Below, piece after piece: positions 10,990-23,776 of a stretch of DNA of 64,000 bases. The notes under the pieces are model-generated. The model had not been told where the DNA came from and did not search any database. It saw only the letters and a list, made by a program, of their open reading frames with translations. Source of the stretch: Gracilinanus agilis. Its lineage: Eukaryota. The DNA is taken from assembly GCF_016433145.1 (NCBI RefSeq), contig NC_058130.1:84838545-84902544 (forward strand), written 5' to 3'. Every line of letters begins with the position of its first letter. Within the stretch, counting starts at the first letter, position 1. The position numbers and the translations under genes are program-made.

Positions 10990-11755
10990 TGTAAAATAGT
11001 TCAAATATAACAATCAATAGGATTTTCATAATTTCCATAAAACAAAATGGCATTTATGTTAAAATCATTATCTGGGATAAGTTGGATGCCACCTTGACTG
11101 ACAGAGATGGCAGTTGAGAGATTCGGAATGTTCCCAGATGCCATGAGCCAGGGGCAAACATCGGTTGGCCTCACCCTATAAATACCCCCTAGGAATTACA
11201 GTTGGGGGTCTCAGAACTCAGAGCTGAGACTTGAGCAAACATCTCTTGGAGCAAGAACGAGGCAGAGGGAGTTGAAGGGTAAAGGGTGGTAGAAGAAGAA
11301 GAAGGGTAAGCCTGAACCTAAACCTGTATCCTGTGCTTGACTGTGAGAGAGCTAGTGATCCATTAATACTATTGGTAATAGAGCTGAGAGAATACTCAGA
11401 TCATCAATCCACATCTACATCAATAGCCTTCCCTATTCTCTGACTTAGCTGTGGTCAGGTCAGGTCAGGGATAGTGAGAGGGTGAAGATCTCAAGCCTCT
11501 ACCAGCCTAGCAGTCTCCAGTCCTGATCAACGTTTAGTTTAGTAGCCAAATTATAGCAATAGGGTTCCCAATCCCCAAACCTATTACCTTGTTATCCTTT
11601 CCCCAACAATAGATAATACAGTGATTCAACAAGTACCTTTCTGAGTGGTTATTCTATCACAGCCCTTGGGAAGGGAGAACTAATACGCAGTCAGATACCA
11701 ATCGTTTCCAAAACCAATCAATAGCCTATTAACAATTAATCCAAAGATATTCACA
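10990..11755 (+). mobile_element. Probable 3' LTR of the left-hand ERV
   Basis: Purine-rich tract before TGT at 10990, TATAAATA at 11177, ends ...TTCACA at 11755. No env is recognisable between IN and the LTR. Confidence 0.6.
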
Positions 11756-12249
11756 TGAATACGCCCCCTTCCTAATAAAGGCCCCATCTTCTCTGCAAGG
11801 ATCTTATCTAGTCTCCTGTCTGCTCATTAGAATGATTTCTGGGAGTGCAAGCTCCCAAAAAATTCCACTCCACACACCTTCTCCAAGTTGATATAGAGGC
11901 ATTAAAGCCAGTTCCACCAAGGAGTTCCACCAAGTTTTGAATCTGCATAATTGTGCTCTTAGTCTAGTCCCGGTAACTTCAACTGAGTTCTATGGCCATA
12001 CTACAAAAAGCCCTCACCATTCTGGTTACCCTCTGCCAGCAACTCTCTAGTTTGTCAATATCCCTTTTTTTTTTTTTTTTAAATGCGGTGCCCAGTCCCG
12101 AAAAACCAAGTACTTAAAATATTTTTTCAATAGAAATGAATCATTCGTCCAGGCCAACAATGGTCAGAACTGCAAGAAAAGGATTCGAGATTTTTATTTG
12201 AGTCCAAGAAGGCTGGAGAAAACAGTGTCTCCGAACAACTGGAAAAGAA

Positions 12250-12830
12250 CAAGACTGGATTAGGGTGCCGCTCAGAATCGAGTGCCGCCCCTGCCCCGCC
12301 CCGCCCAAATGAAGGGAGGAGGAGAGGAATATCATTGCTGGGACTGAAGGCGGGAGAGGGCGGAGTTAGGGGAGCGAGGACCAGAGAAGCTCAAGCAGGA
12401 GGGGCGGGGCCGATAGAGTCCAGAGAGAGGGAGAGAGGCAGGGCCAGACCGGGAGAGGCGTTCCCTCTCCCGCCCGCAGGCGGTGCTGTGGGGGCGGAGC
12501 TTAGGAGAGGGGGCGGTTCCTCCCTGCGGCTGGCGGGGTGCATCACCGGATGCAGTTCGGTGCCCTGTTTTCCGTGCCTCTGACAGTGGGTACCGAGCTT
12601 GGTTCTCCCAGGCTGGAGGAGACTAGGAAGCCATGGCCCCGGAGGCACCTGCTCCGGTAAGAGCGGCCTGGTCGGGCCGCAGAGGCCAGATATGGGGCTG
12701 GCGGTCCGGGGCGAGGGAGGCGGAGCTCTCAGGGAGGGCCCGCGGCCTGCGGGAGGGACAGCTCCCGGCCTCGGAGTGCGGAACCCGAGAATCCTTCAGG
12801 GAAGCCATTGAAGCCCCACCTTCTCATTTT
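12250..12830 (+). promoter_or_regulatory. CpG island promoter of KRAB-ZNF gene A
   Basis: GC/CpG-rich with several GGGCGG boxes; homologous to the promoters at 33.4-33.9 kb and 47.5-47.8 kb. Confidence 0.85.
12633..12656 (+). CDS. KRAB-ZNF gene A, coding exon 1 (MAPEAPAP)
   Basis: gccATGG Kozak context, donor CG/GTAAGA, phase 0; paralogous exons exist in genes B and C. Confidence 0.85.
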
Positions 12831-13169
12831 ACAGAGAGGCAAACTGAGGCCCAGAAAAACTGAGTCACCCAGCTAACAACACAGAGCTCACACGGGATTT
12901 AAACCCAGGCTTTCCTGGCCCCAACCCAGTGCCCCATCCCTAGCTCCAGAACCGGGGCCACTGGGAGGGATCCTTTAGGGTTGAAACTGAACACTTGCAG
13001 CCTCATACTCAGTTAACAAACATTTATTAAGCGCCTACTATGTACTAGGCACTGTCCTAAGCGCAGGAGATACAAAGAAAGACTTTTAAAAAGCAAAATG
13101 ATTTTTTTTAATCTTAGAACTAATAGGGGGCTTCTGAAGCTGCTTCTGTGTGTTTGTTTTTAATTTTTT

Positions 13170-13351
13170 AAAAATTAAATCCTTGCCTTCAGTTTTAGAA
13201 TCAATACTATGCGGTTCTAAGTCAGAAGATCGATATGGGCTAGGCAATGGGGGTTAAGTGACTTGCCCAGGGTTACATAGGTAGGAAGTGTCAGAGGCCA
13301 AATTTGAACTGTTAGACCTCACTCAGAATCCACTGAGCTACCTAGCTGCCC
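13170..13351 (-). mobile_element. Marsupial SINE (older SINE1-like)
   Basis: Reverse complement of the GGGCAGCTAGGTAGCTCAGTGG head and core. Confidence 0.8.
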
Positions 13352-13379
13352 TACTTCTGAAACTTCTTGAGCAGGAGAA

Positions 13380-14140
13380 TAACATAGTCAGAACTATATA
13401 CCAGGAGCAGCACTTTGAGAGTTGAGAGGGCCATGGACAGGACCCACCATCAACTTACATGAGTATTCCAGGTGTGAGATGATGAGGGCCTGATACCAGA
13501 CTTGTGGCAGTATCAGAGGAGAAAGAGAAGTACATAGACCATTTGTCAGGAAAGTAAAATAAACAATCCCTAACAGCAGATGGGATTTAGGGGATTTAGA
13601 GTGTTGTAAGCATGGGTGTCTGGGAGGATGGTGGTATTCTGTACAATAATAGGAAAGTTAAGAATATGGAGAACTTGGGGTGGGGAGGAATAATGAGTTC
13701 AGTTTTGCACCTACTGAGTTTAAGAAGTCTTTCAAATAGCCAGTTCAAGTCATCCCATAGGCATTTGGAGGTGCGAGACTGCAGATGAGGAGGGAGAATA
13801 AGATTGGATAAATAGATTTGAAAGTCATCTGCATCAAGATGATAATGAAATCTTCGAATGCTGATAAGATCGAAAAGTGAAATGATAGAAGAGAACCTTG
13901 GATTACATCCATGGTTAGTGGACAGAACCAGGATGAAAATCCAGTAAAGGAGACTGATGGGTGATGGACAGCATCAAAAATTGAAGAGATCAAGAAGGAT
14001 GAAGACTGAGAAAAATTCATTAAATTTGGCAATTAGGAAATTGTTAACTTTGGAGAGACCAGTTTCATCTGAATGATGAGGACAAAAGCTGGGCACAGGT
14101 TGTGGTTTTCATAAGTTTTCCCACTAAAAAGAGAGGCAAG
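13380..14140 (-). mobile_element. L2 LINE remnant
   Basis: Purine-rich degraded L2-like sequence (gagttcagttttg..., gtcatctgcat..., aaattcattaaatttggc). Confidence 0.65.
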
Positions 14141-14180
14141 ATAAAGGATGCTAACTAACTCAAAGATTCCAGAGGTGAGA

Positions 14181-14370
14181 GAGCAGCTTGTTGGCTCAGC
14201 GGATTGAGAGCCAAGCCTAGAGGTAGGAGGTCCTGTCTTCAAATCTGGCCTCAAACACTTCCTAGCTGTGTGACCCTGGACAAGTCACTTAACCCCCATT
14301 GTCTGCTCTTCTGCCATGGAACCAACACACAGCATTCATTTTAAGACAGAAGGTAAGAGGTTTTTTTTTT
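14181..14370 (+). mobile_element. Marsupial SINE
   Basis: GCAGCT..GGCTCAGCGGATTGAGAGCC head and CORE ctgtgtgaccctgg. Confidence 0.8.
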
Positions 14371-15078
14371 TTTAAAAGGGTTCCAGAGGTTACAGTTTTC
14401 TAGAGAAGATAGTTTGGGATGGGATCTAAAGTGCATGTAGATGGGACTGCCTTCACGAGTAGAAAGGCCATCTCTTCTTTTAAGATAGAGATGAAAGACA
14501 AGGAGGTGGAGAGGCATCTTAGTGAGATAAGATGAAGAGAAGCCCTCAGCAAATAACCTCATTTTTTTCAGTGAAATATGAAGCAAACTTCTCAGCTTAG
14601 AGAGTATAGAGAAAGAGTCATGGGAAGTTTGTGGACAAGCTAATGGCCATAATTTTGGGGAAAGAGAGAGAGGTGAGAGATCACCATTCCTGTGCTCCAG
14701 GGACAGAGGCTCAGCAGCCCCAGGTTTGTAGGATTTAGAGCAGGGAAGCAACTGGAAATTGTCTGGTGGTCTACTGACCAGAGAGGTCAGGTGATTTTTC
14801 CTAGGCTCTTAGATTATTTCCCTGCAGTTTGCCTCAACAAATGTTTTACAGTGTGCATCTGCTTTGCTTAACTGTTTGCTATTACACTCCTGGGAAGAAA
14901 AACCTTACAATCTTGGAAAAATAGCACCCAGGGCTTCTCTTTGTCTGGGATAAAAGTAAAATATGCCTGGTGGAAATCAGTTTATAGCTCTACCTGGTGT
15001 GAAAGAAATGAAATGGAAAAAAATACTTTCTGAATTGATGATGCAAAGTGAAAGTGTGACTCATGCTTATGGTTACAG

Positions 15079-15205
15079 GTGCCTGTGACATTTGATGATG
15101 TAACCATGTATTTCACAGCGGAAGAGTGGGGGACCTTGGAGGAATGGCAGAAAGAGCTTTACAAACATGTTGTGATGACCAACTATGAGACTTTGTTCTC
15201 CTTGG
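15079..15205 (+). CDS. Gene A exon 2, KRAB-A ([42 protein letters not shown])
   Basis: Canonical 127-bp KRAB-A exon, acceptor ttacag, donor G/GTAAG, phase 0-1. Confidence 0.95.
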
Positions 15206-17191
15206 GTAAGATGTTTTCATCATACATGTTGAATGTCTTCTAGGATCAGGTACTGGAAGAGGCTTCCAAAGATTATCCAGTCATTCCATCTACGACCTGG
15301 AAGTTGCTCTAGAAACCAATCCTGATTGAAGCTTTCCCCAATTTCACCTTTATTTAAAAGTTTTATGATACCTTTTATTTAACACCAGTCATTTCTCATT
15401 ATTGGTACCACTTTCCCTTGTAACAAAGAAAAACAGTTAAGCAAAACAAATTTTTAAAATTACTTGATAAACAGAGCATGTATCATTCTGTTTTCTTGGC
15501 CATCTCTTTTTACTGAGTGGGGGAAAATATATTGTGTCATCTATTCTCCTGGACTGAGATTGAACATTTCAATTAATCTGAATTCTATGGCTTTTTCATA
15601 TTATTTTAATTTATATAATTATCATATATTGTTCTTCCTGATTTTGTCTACTTCACACTCTACCATTTCTACAAGTTTTCTAATGTTTCTGAATTCTTCA
15701 ATTTTTTGTGGAGCAATAGTATTTTTTTACGTCCACATACCACTATTTGTTCACTTGTTTACCAATCACTGTGCACCTATTTTGTTTCCAGATTTGTGTT
15801 AATGCAAAAATTAGTGCTCCAGATATTTTAGTACATATGGGATAATATTATACCCATATGTATGTATGGCTTTTGTAAGAACCTTTGGACTTTAATGACT
15901 AGATGGGTAGATGGTGATGTTATTCAACTCAATAAATGTTAGAAGTATAATATATAATGCAGAAAGGAAAGAATAACCTTTAATAGCAGTCTTCATTATT
16001 TAGCTGGCTTGGAACACCTAGAATTGTAAAAATTTGTTCTTTGTACCTACACGGGCTGACCTGCTAGTCTAATCTACCTCACCTGACCCCTCTCCCATCA
16101 CTTCAGTTCTATAAAGTGTTCTTTAAATCCTATAGCATTTTCTTTTTTTCCAGTGGTGTTTACATGTCTGAGCTTGTCTAATATTAATCTCTCCCAGCCA
16201 TGGGGTCTCAAGTGCTATTTATTCCAAATCACCTCACTGCCCATTTTAGGCTTCCCAAAATATCTACTAATAAAAAATAGCAACTCAGATTTTCTAGCTT
16301 GTTATGTATTTTTCAGTTCTCTCTTTTAACATCTTTAGTGCATGATAAGTCACAAATAAAATTTTTCCCCAGTGTGTCCAACAAGAATTTCACATACCCC
16401 TTGTGGCTGGCTACCTATTGCGGTGGTGTGGAGGAACATTAGTTCCACTAATCAGTCAGTTGATTAATGCTTGTTTCAAGCCTTATCGAGGGCACTTTAT
16501 TAAATTACATTTGGAATAGAAATATAAAATAGAATGGATATTTGTCCTCAAGGAGCTTGGGTTCTGTTTGGAGCAATCATTAACAGAACATAAACATATA
16601 CAGCAGAAATAATAATACAAAAGATCAGCAACAGGTCACTACAGCAGAACAATACATGTCAGGAGGTAGTACCTGACTAATTGTCAATATATATTGTAAG
16701 CATTTGCTGTGCTTACAATATATATCAACAAATAGTCTGGGATGGGAAAAATAATGGTGCTCTCTTAAGTGTACTAAAAAGGGAATACACAAGAGGATAG
16801 TCAGATTTTTAAAATAATATTTGATGAACATAAGTTGCAGAAAGGCCAAAGAAGATATAAAATGAATAGCGGCCAATAATTTTAGCCAAGAGATATTTTC
16901 TGGTAACTAAATCACTGGCAATAAGGAACTCAAAAAACAAAAATAATAATTTATATGATTTGTGCATTGTACACAATAGTATACTTTACAAGGTGTGAAG
17001 AAATTAACTCATTGGTAGTTAAGATCCAGGTACACTGGGCATGGCTCTAGGAAATCATTGCTATGGTGTGGTCAATCATTTTGTTTTCTAGCACCAGAAA
17101 GTCCCCATTTTTTATAGATGGTCCCAAAACTTTTGCTTCTAGTGACCTAAAGAAAAGTCACATTGATACTTTGTATGTAACCTTTGTCCAG

Positions 17192-17347
17192 GCTATGCTA
17201 TTCCCAAACCAGACTTGATAATTCAGATTGAACGAGGAGAAGAGCCATTCATCAGAGATCAGGGACCTTTGAAGACACTAGAACTGGCCATTGGTTCCAG
17301 TGCTGATGGGCATCTTGGCTTGAAGAACATACAGATGCAGCTGTTTG
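17192..17347 (+). CDS. Gene A exon 3, extended KRAB-B copy 1 (GYAIPKPDLIIQIERGEEPFIRDQG...QMQLF)
   Basis: 156 bp, acceptor gtccag, donor G/GTGAGT, phase 1-1, open. Confidence 0.9.
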
Positions 17348-19428
17348 GTGAGTGAGAAGAGGTGAAAGAAGTGAAACCAAGGATGACGTGTTCAGATTCT
17401 CCTCCATCTGGGCTTTAAATCTTCCTTTTATGTTGAGCTGAGCTGGGGTTTGATTTCAGGGCAGGACTGGGCTTCAAAAGAATAAGAAATGAGACAAACT
17501 GTCCAGAACTCCAGACTCCAAACAATTTAATTGTTATGTGTGTCATATACACAGACAGGTGCTCTGCCCTGATTTTCTTATGATCAAAGATAAGGAAAAA
17601 AAGGAAAATTGTGAATAGAACACTCAGTTGTTAGCCTCATGAGGGTAGATCATATCAACTCCTGTTATTTCATTATTGATTTTCTGGTTGCTTAGAATTC
17701 AACTTCCTTTTAGTGATCTTTTCACTTATTTTGTCATTGTGTTTATTCTTTTAGTTCCTTTTACTCTGCATCAATAGATAAAAATCTCATTTCCCCGAAT
17801 CCTCACAGTCAACATTTCTTAAAATACAGTATTATTCTACTACATTCATATACATTGGTTTGGATTTTTTAAGCCATTTCTCAATTGAGGGGCACTTACT
17901 TTGTTTCCAGTTTTTTTTACTACCACAAAAAGTACTCCTATGAATATTGGTAACACACATACATATACACACACCTTTCTCTAGTGTACCAAACAGGGAT
18001 TTCACAACTTTCCTACCTACATCAAATGACTAATATTTGATGTTCATTCCTACTTTGTGAAGGACTCTTTAAATTCCAAAAATATATAGAAGTATAATAC
18101 ATATATTTTTCCAAAGAATTTGTTTGTTTACCTAAAATGTAAACAAATAGGACATAGCTATTTGAAAATGCAAATAACAATTCACTACAGCAATATAAGA
18201 CAGATCAGGAGACAATGCAATGATTACTTGCACATTTATCCAGTAATAAGTACTATAAATGTGCAGATGAGGTAGAGAGCATTGTTGTCTAGAGTGGACT
18301 CTGGAAAAACTTCACAGAAGAATCAGGAAGTTTTCAAAAGAAAAATTTGAGTACAAAAGTTGCAGAATGTTCAAAGAGGGTATGAAAAGAATAGAAGCTG
18401 ACTATAGCCAGAAAATTTTTATTGATGACAGTAACCATGTTGGGAGAATATAAGCTCCATGTGTATCGGGATTGTTTCATTCATATTTGTATCTGTGTGC
18501 CTGCTGTAGAGTAGGCATTTATTTAATAAACACTTATTCACTATTGGTTAGGATAGAAAATAGATTTAGGAGGACTGAGATGAAAATCTGGACTATGGCA
18601 ATCTGTGTTTTTATCAGATTTCTAGTAACACTATTAGAAGCCTAAATCACAACCCAAATAATTTTTTCTGCTTATGGTTTATAGTTTACAACTTACCGTA
18701 ATGGATTGTTTAGGAATAGTTTGGTGTAGTAGAAACTGAGGAGGACCTTGATTACAAAGAATTAGGAAACCTAAGTTTGAATGGTAAGCTCTATTATGTA
18801 TAGTATGACTCTGAATAAGTCAAAGTTACATCATATCTATGAGCCTCAGTTTCTTTATCTTTAAAATGGAGATATTGTACTTAGAATGTTAACCTCACAA
18901 GGTTGTGGTAAATAGAATTCTTTGAAAGCCTTAAAACACCATATAAATATGATGGGGGGGGCGGGTGGGGATAATGCAGCCTCTTAGTTCTGAATAGCAC
19001 AGTCCCATCCCATTAAGCCAAGGGGCAGTGGAATTGTCCATTAACAACTCTTCTGGGAACATTTCAGGTGAGGCCAATTGCTTTCAAAGCATAGTGTTTT
19101 GAAGGCTTGTTTTGGGACAGCACATCTTGAATCCCTTCAGGTTGTCTCTAGGAATTCTTAAAACAAAAGTAATTTTAGTTGACTTTATTAAATAACCATA
19201 AACTGCAGAAGTCTTTTAGAAATGTGAGCAATGTAGAGAAATCAAATGCCTCTTGGGTAGCTAGGAGGCAAATGAGTTAAACATCACTCCTATAATGTGA
19301 ATAGTTTTATTCTGCTTTATAGCCCCCCCCCCGAGTCCCCAGATTTTTGTATGTATTCTTATATCTTGTGCCTCCGATATAAGTCAAAAGAAAAGATACT
19401 GAATTGCTTTCTTGTGGCCTCTGTCCAG

Positions 19429-19587
19429 ACTGTGCCATCCCCAGGCCAGACTTGATAACTCAGATTGAACAAGGAGAAAAGCCTTTCATCAGCAATCAAG
19501 GGAACTTGGAAACAGAAGACTTTGCTATCTGCTCTAGTGATAATGAGCATCTTGGCTTGAAGAATACAGAGATGCAGAAGTTTTGTG
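19429..19587 (+). CDS. Gene A exon 3b, extended KRAB-B copy 2 (DCAIPRPDLITQIEQGEKPFISNQG...MQKFC)
   Basis: 159 bp, acceptor gtccag, donor G/GTGAGT, phase 1-1, open; paralogous to 17192-17347. Inclusion in mRNA is unproven. Confidence 0.75.
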
Positions 19588-20409
19588 GTGAGTTAGAAGG
19601 GATAAAAGAAGTGTTACTGAGGGAATCATGCTCAGGTTCTCTGCCATGATGGGCTAAGTTGGAGTTTGGTATGAGGGAGGACAGAGCTTCAAGGGATCCC
19701 AAAAAGAAATCACCCATTTAGTGCTACAGACCTAAAACAACATCACTAGGCGCTGATGTTCACTTCCATGCACAGAGATGAACTCTATTCAGTTTTTCTT
19801 ATCATGACTGGCAAATCTGAACTTCTCAATTCCAAGAAGTAAATAAATCCTCTTCAGAGAAAGAATCTTAGACTCATAGTTGGGACTTGATGTTACAAGA
19901 TTTGTATAAAGGCCTAACTGTGTCCTTGGAGTTATGTCTTACCTTGGATCTATGTATCCAGTTTAAATGTAGTTCAAGCACTGTAGTTATATTTGGTTAT
20001 GTTGATGACAAAGTAAATTTGAAGAAAGAATGATAGCTTCACTGGGAATGAAATTTGGAGAAAGAGGGACAAGGATTTTCAGTACAGGCCAAGTTAGAGT
20101 CTAACTTTGGTAGAGTCATGGAAAGATAAATTCAAGAAGCATTTAAATTTTTCTACATTAATGTGGAACTTTATAATTTCAAAAAATGGTGCAACATGCC
20201 ATTTGGTTTATACCATAACCCTGGTCAGTAATCCTACTGAGGTATAGAGGAGTCATACCACTTGTAAAGGGCAGAGCCAGAACTCAAACCTAGGTAATCA
20301 GATACCAAATTCAGTGCACTTTCCATTATGCCATATTGTCCCATGTTGAGAACAGTGCTAGGGGAGTCAGGAAGATAATGCTAGGAGAGATAGGAAGACA
20401 AATAAGACC

Positions 20410-22600
20410 TAGTCCCAAGGTAATTCCTGAATCTGCCTATGGCCTATTATTCTGACTCTCCTTAAGCCTTCGCCCTCTTAAGCCTGTTCTTTTCCCTCAT
20501 TTTGACCTCCAGTCCCTTCAGCCCTCTGCACTTTCTCAGACCATTACTCCTTTTCTGACTTCAATTTCCTCCCTTCACAGTCTTAACTGTATAGTTGACC
20601 AGTTCAACTCCACACTGTCCTTCGTAATTCCTCAAGCCCTTATCCTGTTGCCATACCCCAACCTTAAATTGTTTCCTTATGCTTCTCTTCCATTCCTCAT
20701 CATGGACTGCTGAATAAAATTGAAGGGAGCCATACAACAACCATAATAACCAGGGCCACTATAGAGTTGTTATCTAGCCCCAATTGAGTCCTCACTGAAG
20801 CAAAGTTCATCCTTTTCATTCAAAGTGTTTCCCTGTCCTACTACCAAAAGAAAGGCTACTCCAAACTTTCTGTCCATTCTTAAATTTTCTCATACACTCC
20901 TTCCTCACCCCACTTATCTCACTTAAACTCCTCACCTCTTAAACTTTACTAAAGAAATTAAGGCCATAATCTCCCTCTTCTCACCTTCTCTTTTTCTCCA
21001 GATCCAATTACAATAGCCTCCATTCATTTCTCCTTGACTCCATTTTCTGATAATGATGTGGCACTTCTAACCAATGTGACCTTTTTTCCATTGCCTCCAG
21101 TCTTTTTCCAGCAGACTATCCCTACTCTCATCCATTCTCAGACTCTAGTCTTCACTTTCTCCCTCTCTTTGCTTTGTTCCCCTACTGCCTTCACTTGTGC
21201 CTAAGTCTCCTTAGTCATCAGAAAACCATCACTGGACCTTAGGGGTTTCCCCTATATCTCTCCTCTTTTTCCCAGCCAAAGTCCTGGAACAAAGTATCTA
21301 TGCTTGTTACCTCTCCTAGTTACGCTCCTCTCCTTCATTCGTCACCTCTTGGCAATCCAGCTTCTCATTTCGCTTCCCTGAAACTTCTCTCCCCAAAATG
21401 ACCAATGATCCCTTAACTTCCAGTTCCACTGGTCTTTTTTCAGGCATTATCCTGCTCTACCTCTCTGCAGTTTTTGACCATATTGACCACCCTCTCTTCC
21501 TGAACACTTTTTGTTGTTTGGGTTTTTGTGGCACTACTCTTTCCTATCTCTCCTATCTAGTTATCATCCATATCACCCATTCTATATGTGAGTATACCCA
21601 GGCTCTGGCCCAGACCTTCTCTCTACATTTTTGATCTTTGTGACTTTATCAGCTGCACTGGGTTTAATTCTCTCTGTGCAAATATCTCCAAGATTCAGAT
21701 GCCAGCCCTAGTTTCATTCTTGAGCTTTAAGAACATATGAGACTGGATTCCTATGGACCATTCAAACCCAAAATATCCAGGAGAGAATTCATTTTCTTCC
21801 CTCTCCACCTGCCCTCTTTCAGATTTGCCTATTTTTGCTGAGGGTACCACTATTCTTGAGTCTCCCAGGTTCACATCCTCTTTATCCTCCAATCCTCATT
21901 CTCCCTCACCCTATCTATTTAACTAGTTCTCAAATCTTGCAGTTTCTCCCTCAATAATACCTCTTCTCATGTGAACCATTCTCCCTGCTCACACACCTAT
22001 AACTTTAATTCAGGCCTTATTCATCTCTCACTGAAACCATTGCAATAGCCACATAGCTGAGCTCCTTGCCTCAGGGTTGCCCCAGCTCCAGTCTAGTCTC
22101 TCTCTATCACTGCCAAAGGAATATTCCTTCAGCTCAGATGTAAACCCCACACACTACTCTGGTTTTAAAGCTCTTCATAGCCTAGTCCTAACCTCTTTTT
22201 CCAGGTTCCTTATACCTTCCTTCTCTTCCTTCACTCTGCAATCTAGCCAAATTGACCTTCTCACCAATTCCTACACAAAATTCCTTCCCTCTTCTCTCTG
22301 CCTTTGCACTGACTGTGCTCCATTCCTGGAATACCCTCAGTCCTCACCTCATCTCTGCCTCCTAAAATCCCTCATTTCCTTCAGAACTCATCTCAAACAC
22401 TACTGTCTATCTTTCTGGGTCCTCCAACTTCTGGTGTCTTCCCTCCTTCTCCAACTACTTTTGTTTTGAACTACCTTGTATTCGTTGTGTGTTTATTCTG
22501 AATAGTCTTAAATATGGACTTGTGTCTGTCCCCATAGACTTTAAGATCCTTTATATTGGGGACTTTCATTTTTTAAAATTCATATCCCCTGAGCCTGGCC
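20410..22600 (+). mobile_element. L2 LINE remnant
   Basis: Pyrimidine-rich L2 ORF2 remnant including ctctctgcagtttttgaccatattgaccac (LSAxFDxxDH RT motif). Confidence 0.75.
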
Positions 22601-22751
22601 CATAGTAGGCACTTATCAATGCTTATTGCTTAATTGATTGATTGTAAGTTCTTATATTTAAGGCTGACAATCAGGTCCAGCCCCCTTGTTTTATATATAA
22701 GGCAAAGCCAACCTCATTCAGAACTAAATACTGGGGAGGTGGGCTGGGGTA

Positions 22752-22910
22752 GAATAGCTAGGTGACTCAGTGGATTGAGAGCCAGGCCTAGAGACAAGAG
22801 GTCCTTGGTTCAAATATGACCTCAGATACTTCCTAGCTACTTGACCCTCGGCAAGTCATTTAACCCCCACAGTATTCATTCTAAGACAAAAAGGTTAAAA
22901 AAAAAAAAAA
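22752..22910 (+). mobile_element. Marsupial SINE (repeated at 27721-27879)
   Basis: gctaggtgactcagtggattgagagcc head and A-tail. Confidence 0.8.
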
Positions 22911-23060
22911 GGAAATGCTGATTGATTTACGTACCCAGGGTCACACAAGTAATAAGCATCAGAGCCAAGATTTAAACCTGATCCTGAAACTGCCAAAGTC
23001 CCTTGGTCCCACTGTAGTGCAGCCATGAGTTCCTGACTATATCTTTGTTTTTAATTCCAG

Positions 23061-23776
23061 GGGATTCTGGATCTTCAAGTTTGAGACAAAAGGAAAGCCA
23101 TGGACATGACCTCCAAAACCAGAACTGGTATAGACCCTTACCATTCCGCTGCAATGCATGCAGCAGGGGCTTCACCCACAAATCTCAGCTTGCCAATCAC
23201 ATTAGAGTCCATAGACCCAAGAAGCACTTTCAGTGCACGGAGTGTGATAAGAACTTTGCCCAAAAGTCTCGACTGCTCAGGCACCAGTGCCTGCACACAG
23301 GTGAGAGGCCCTTTCAGTGCCCCAAGTGTGACAAGAGCTTCCACCAGAAGGGGCATCTGCTCAAACACCTGCCCCTTCACACAGGGGAAAGGCCCTTCCG
23401 TTGCCCTGACTGTGACAAAAGCTTCCGAGTAAAGGGTGACATGAAGGCCCACCAGCGCCGGCATAGGGAGGAAAAGCCATTTTCCTGTAGTGAATGTGGT
23501 AAAGGCTTCACCACGCATCATTATCTTACTGATCACATCAGAATCCACACAGGTGAAAGGCCTTTCCAATGCCCAGAGTGTGGCAAGAGCTTCCGAGTAA
23601 AGGGCGACATGAAGGCCCACCAGCGAAGACATATCAAGCCCCGGTCATTCTGCTGCAGTGAATGTGATGAGAAATTCCACAAGCAATCTGAACTCACAGA
23701 CCACATTAAGGTGCACACAAAGAAACAGCACTACAGGGCTTTGCTGTTTGGACTGATGGATCTTGATTGGAGTTGA
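23061..23776 (+). CDS. Gene A terminal exon, 7 C2H2 zinc fingers plus LFGLMDLDWS tail
   Basis: Acceptor tttgtttttaattccag, phase 1; 7 CX2CX12HX3H fingers with TGERP-type linkers; stop at 23776. Confidence 0.95.

Noticed and set aside
12335-12863. Overlapping G/P/R-rich ORFs here and at 33.4-34.2 kb and 47.3-48.4 kb
   Set aside because: CpG-island artefacts; only the 24-nt first exons are supported by splice sites and paralogy.
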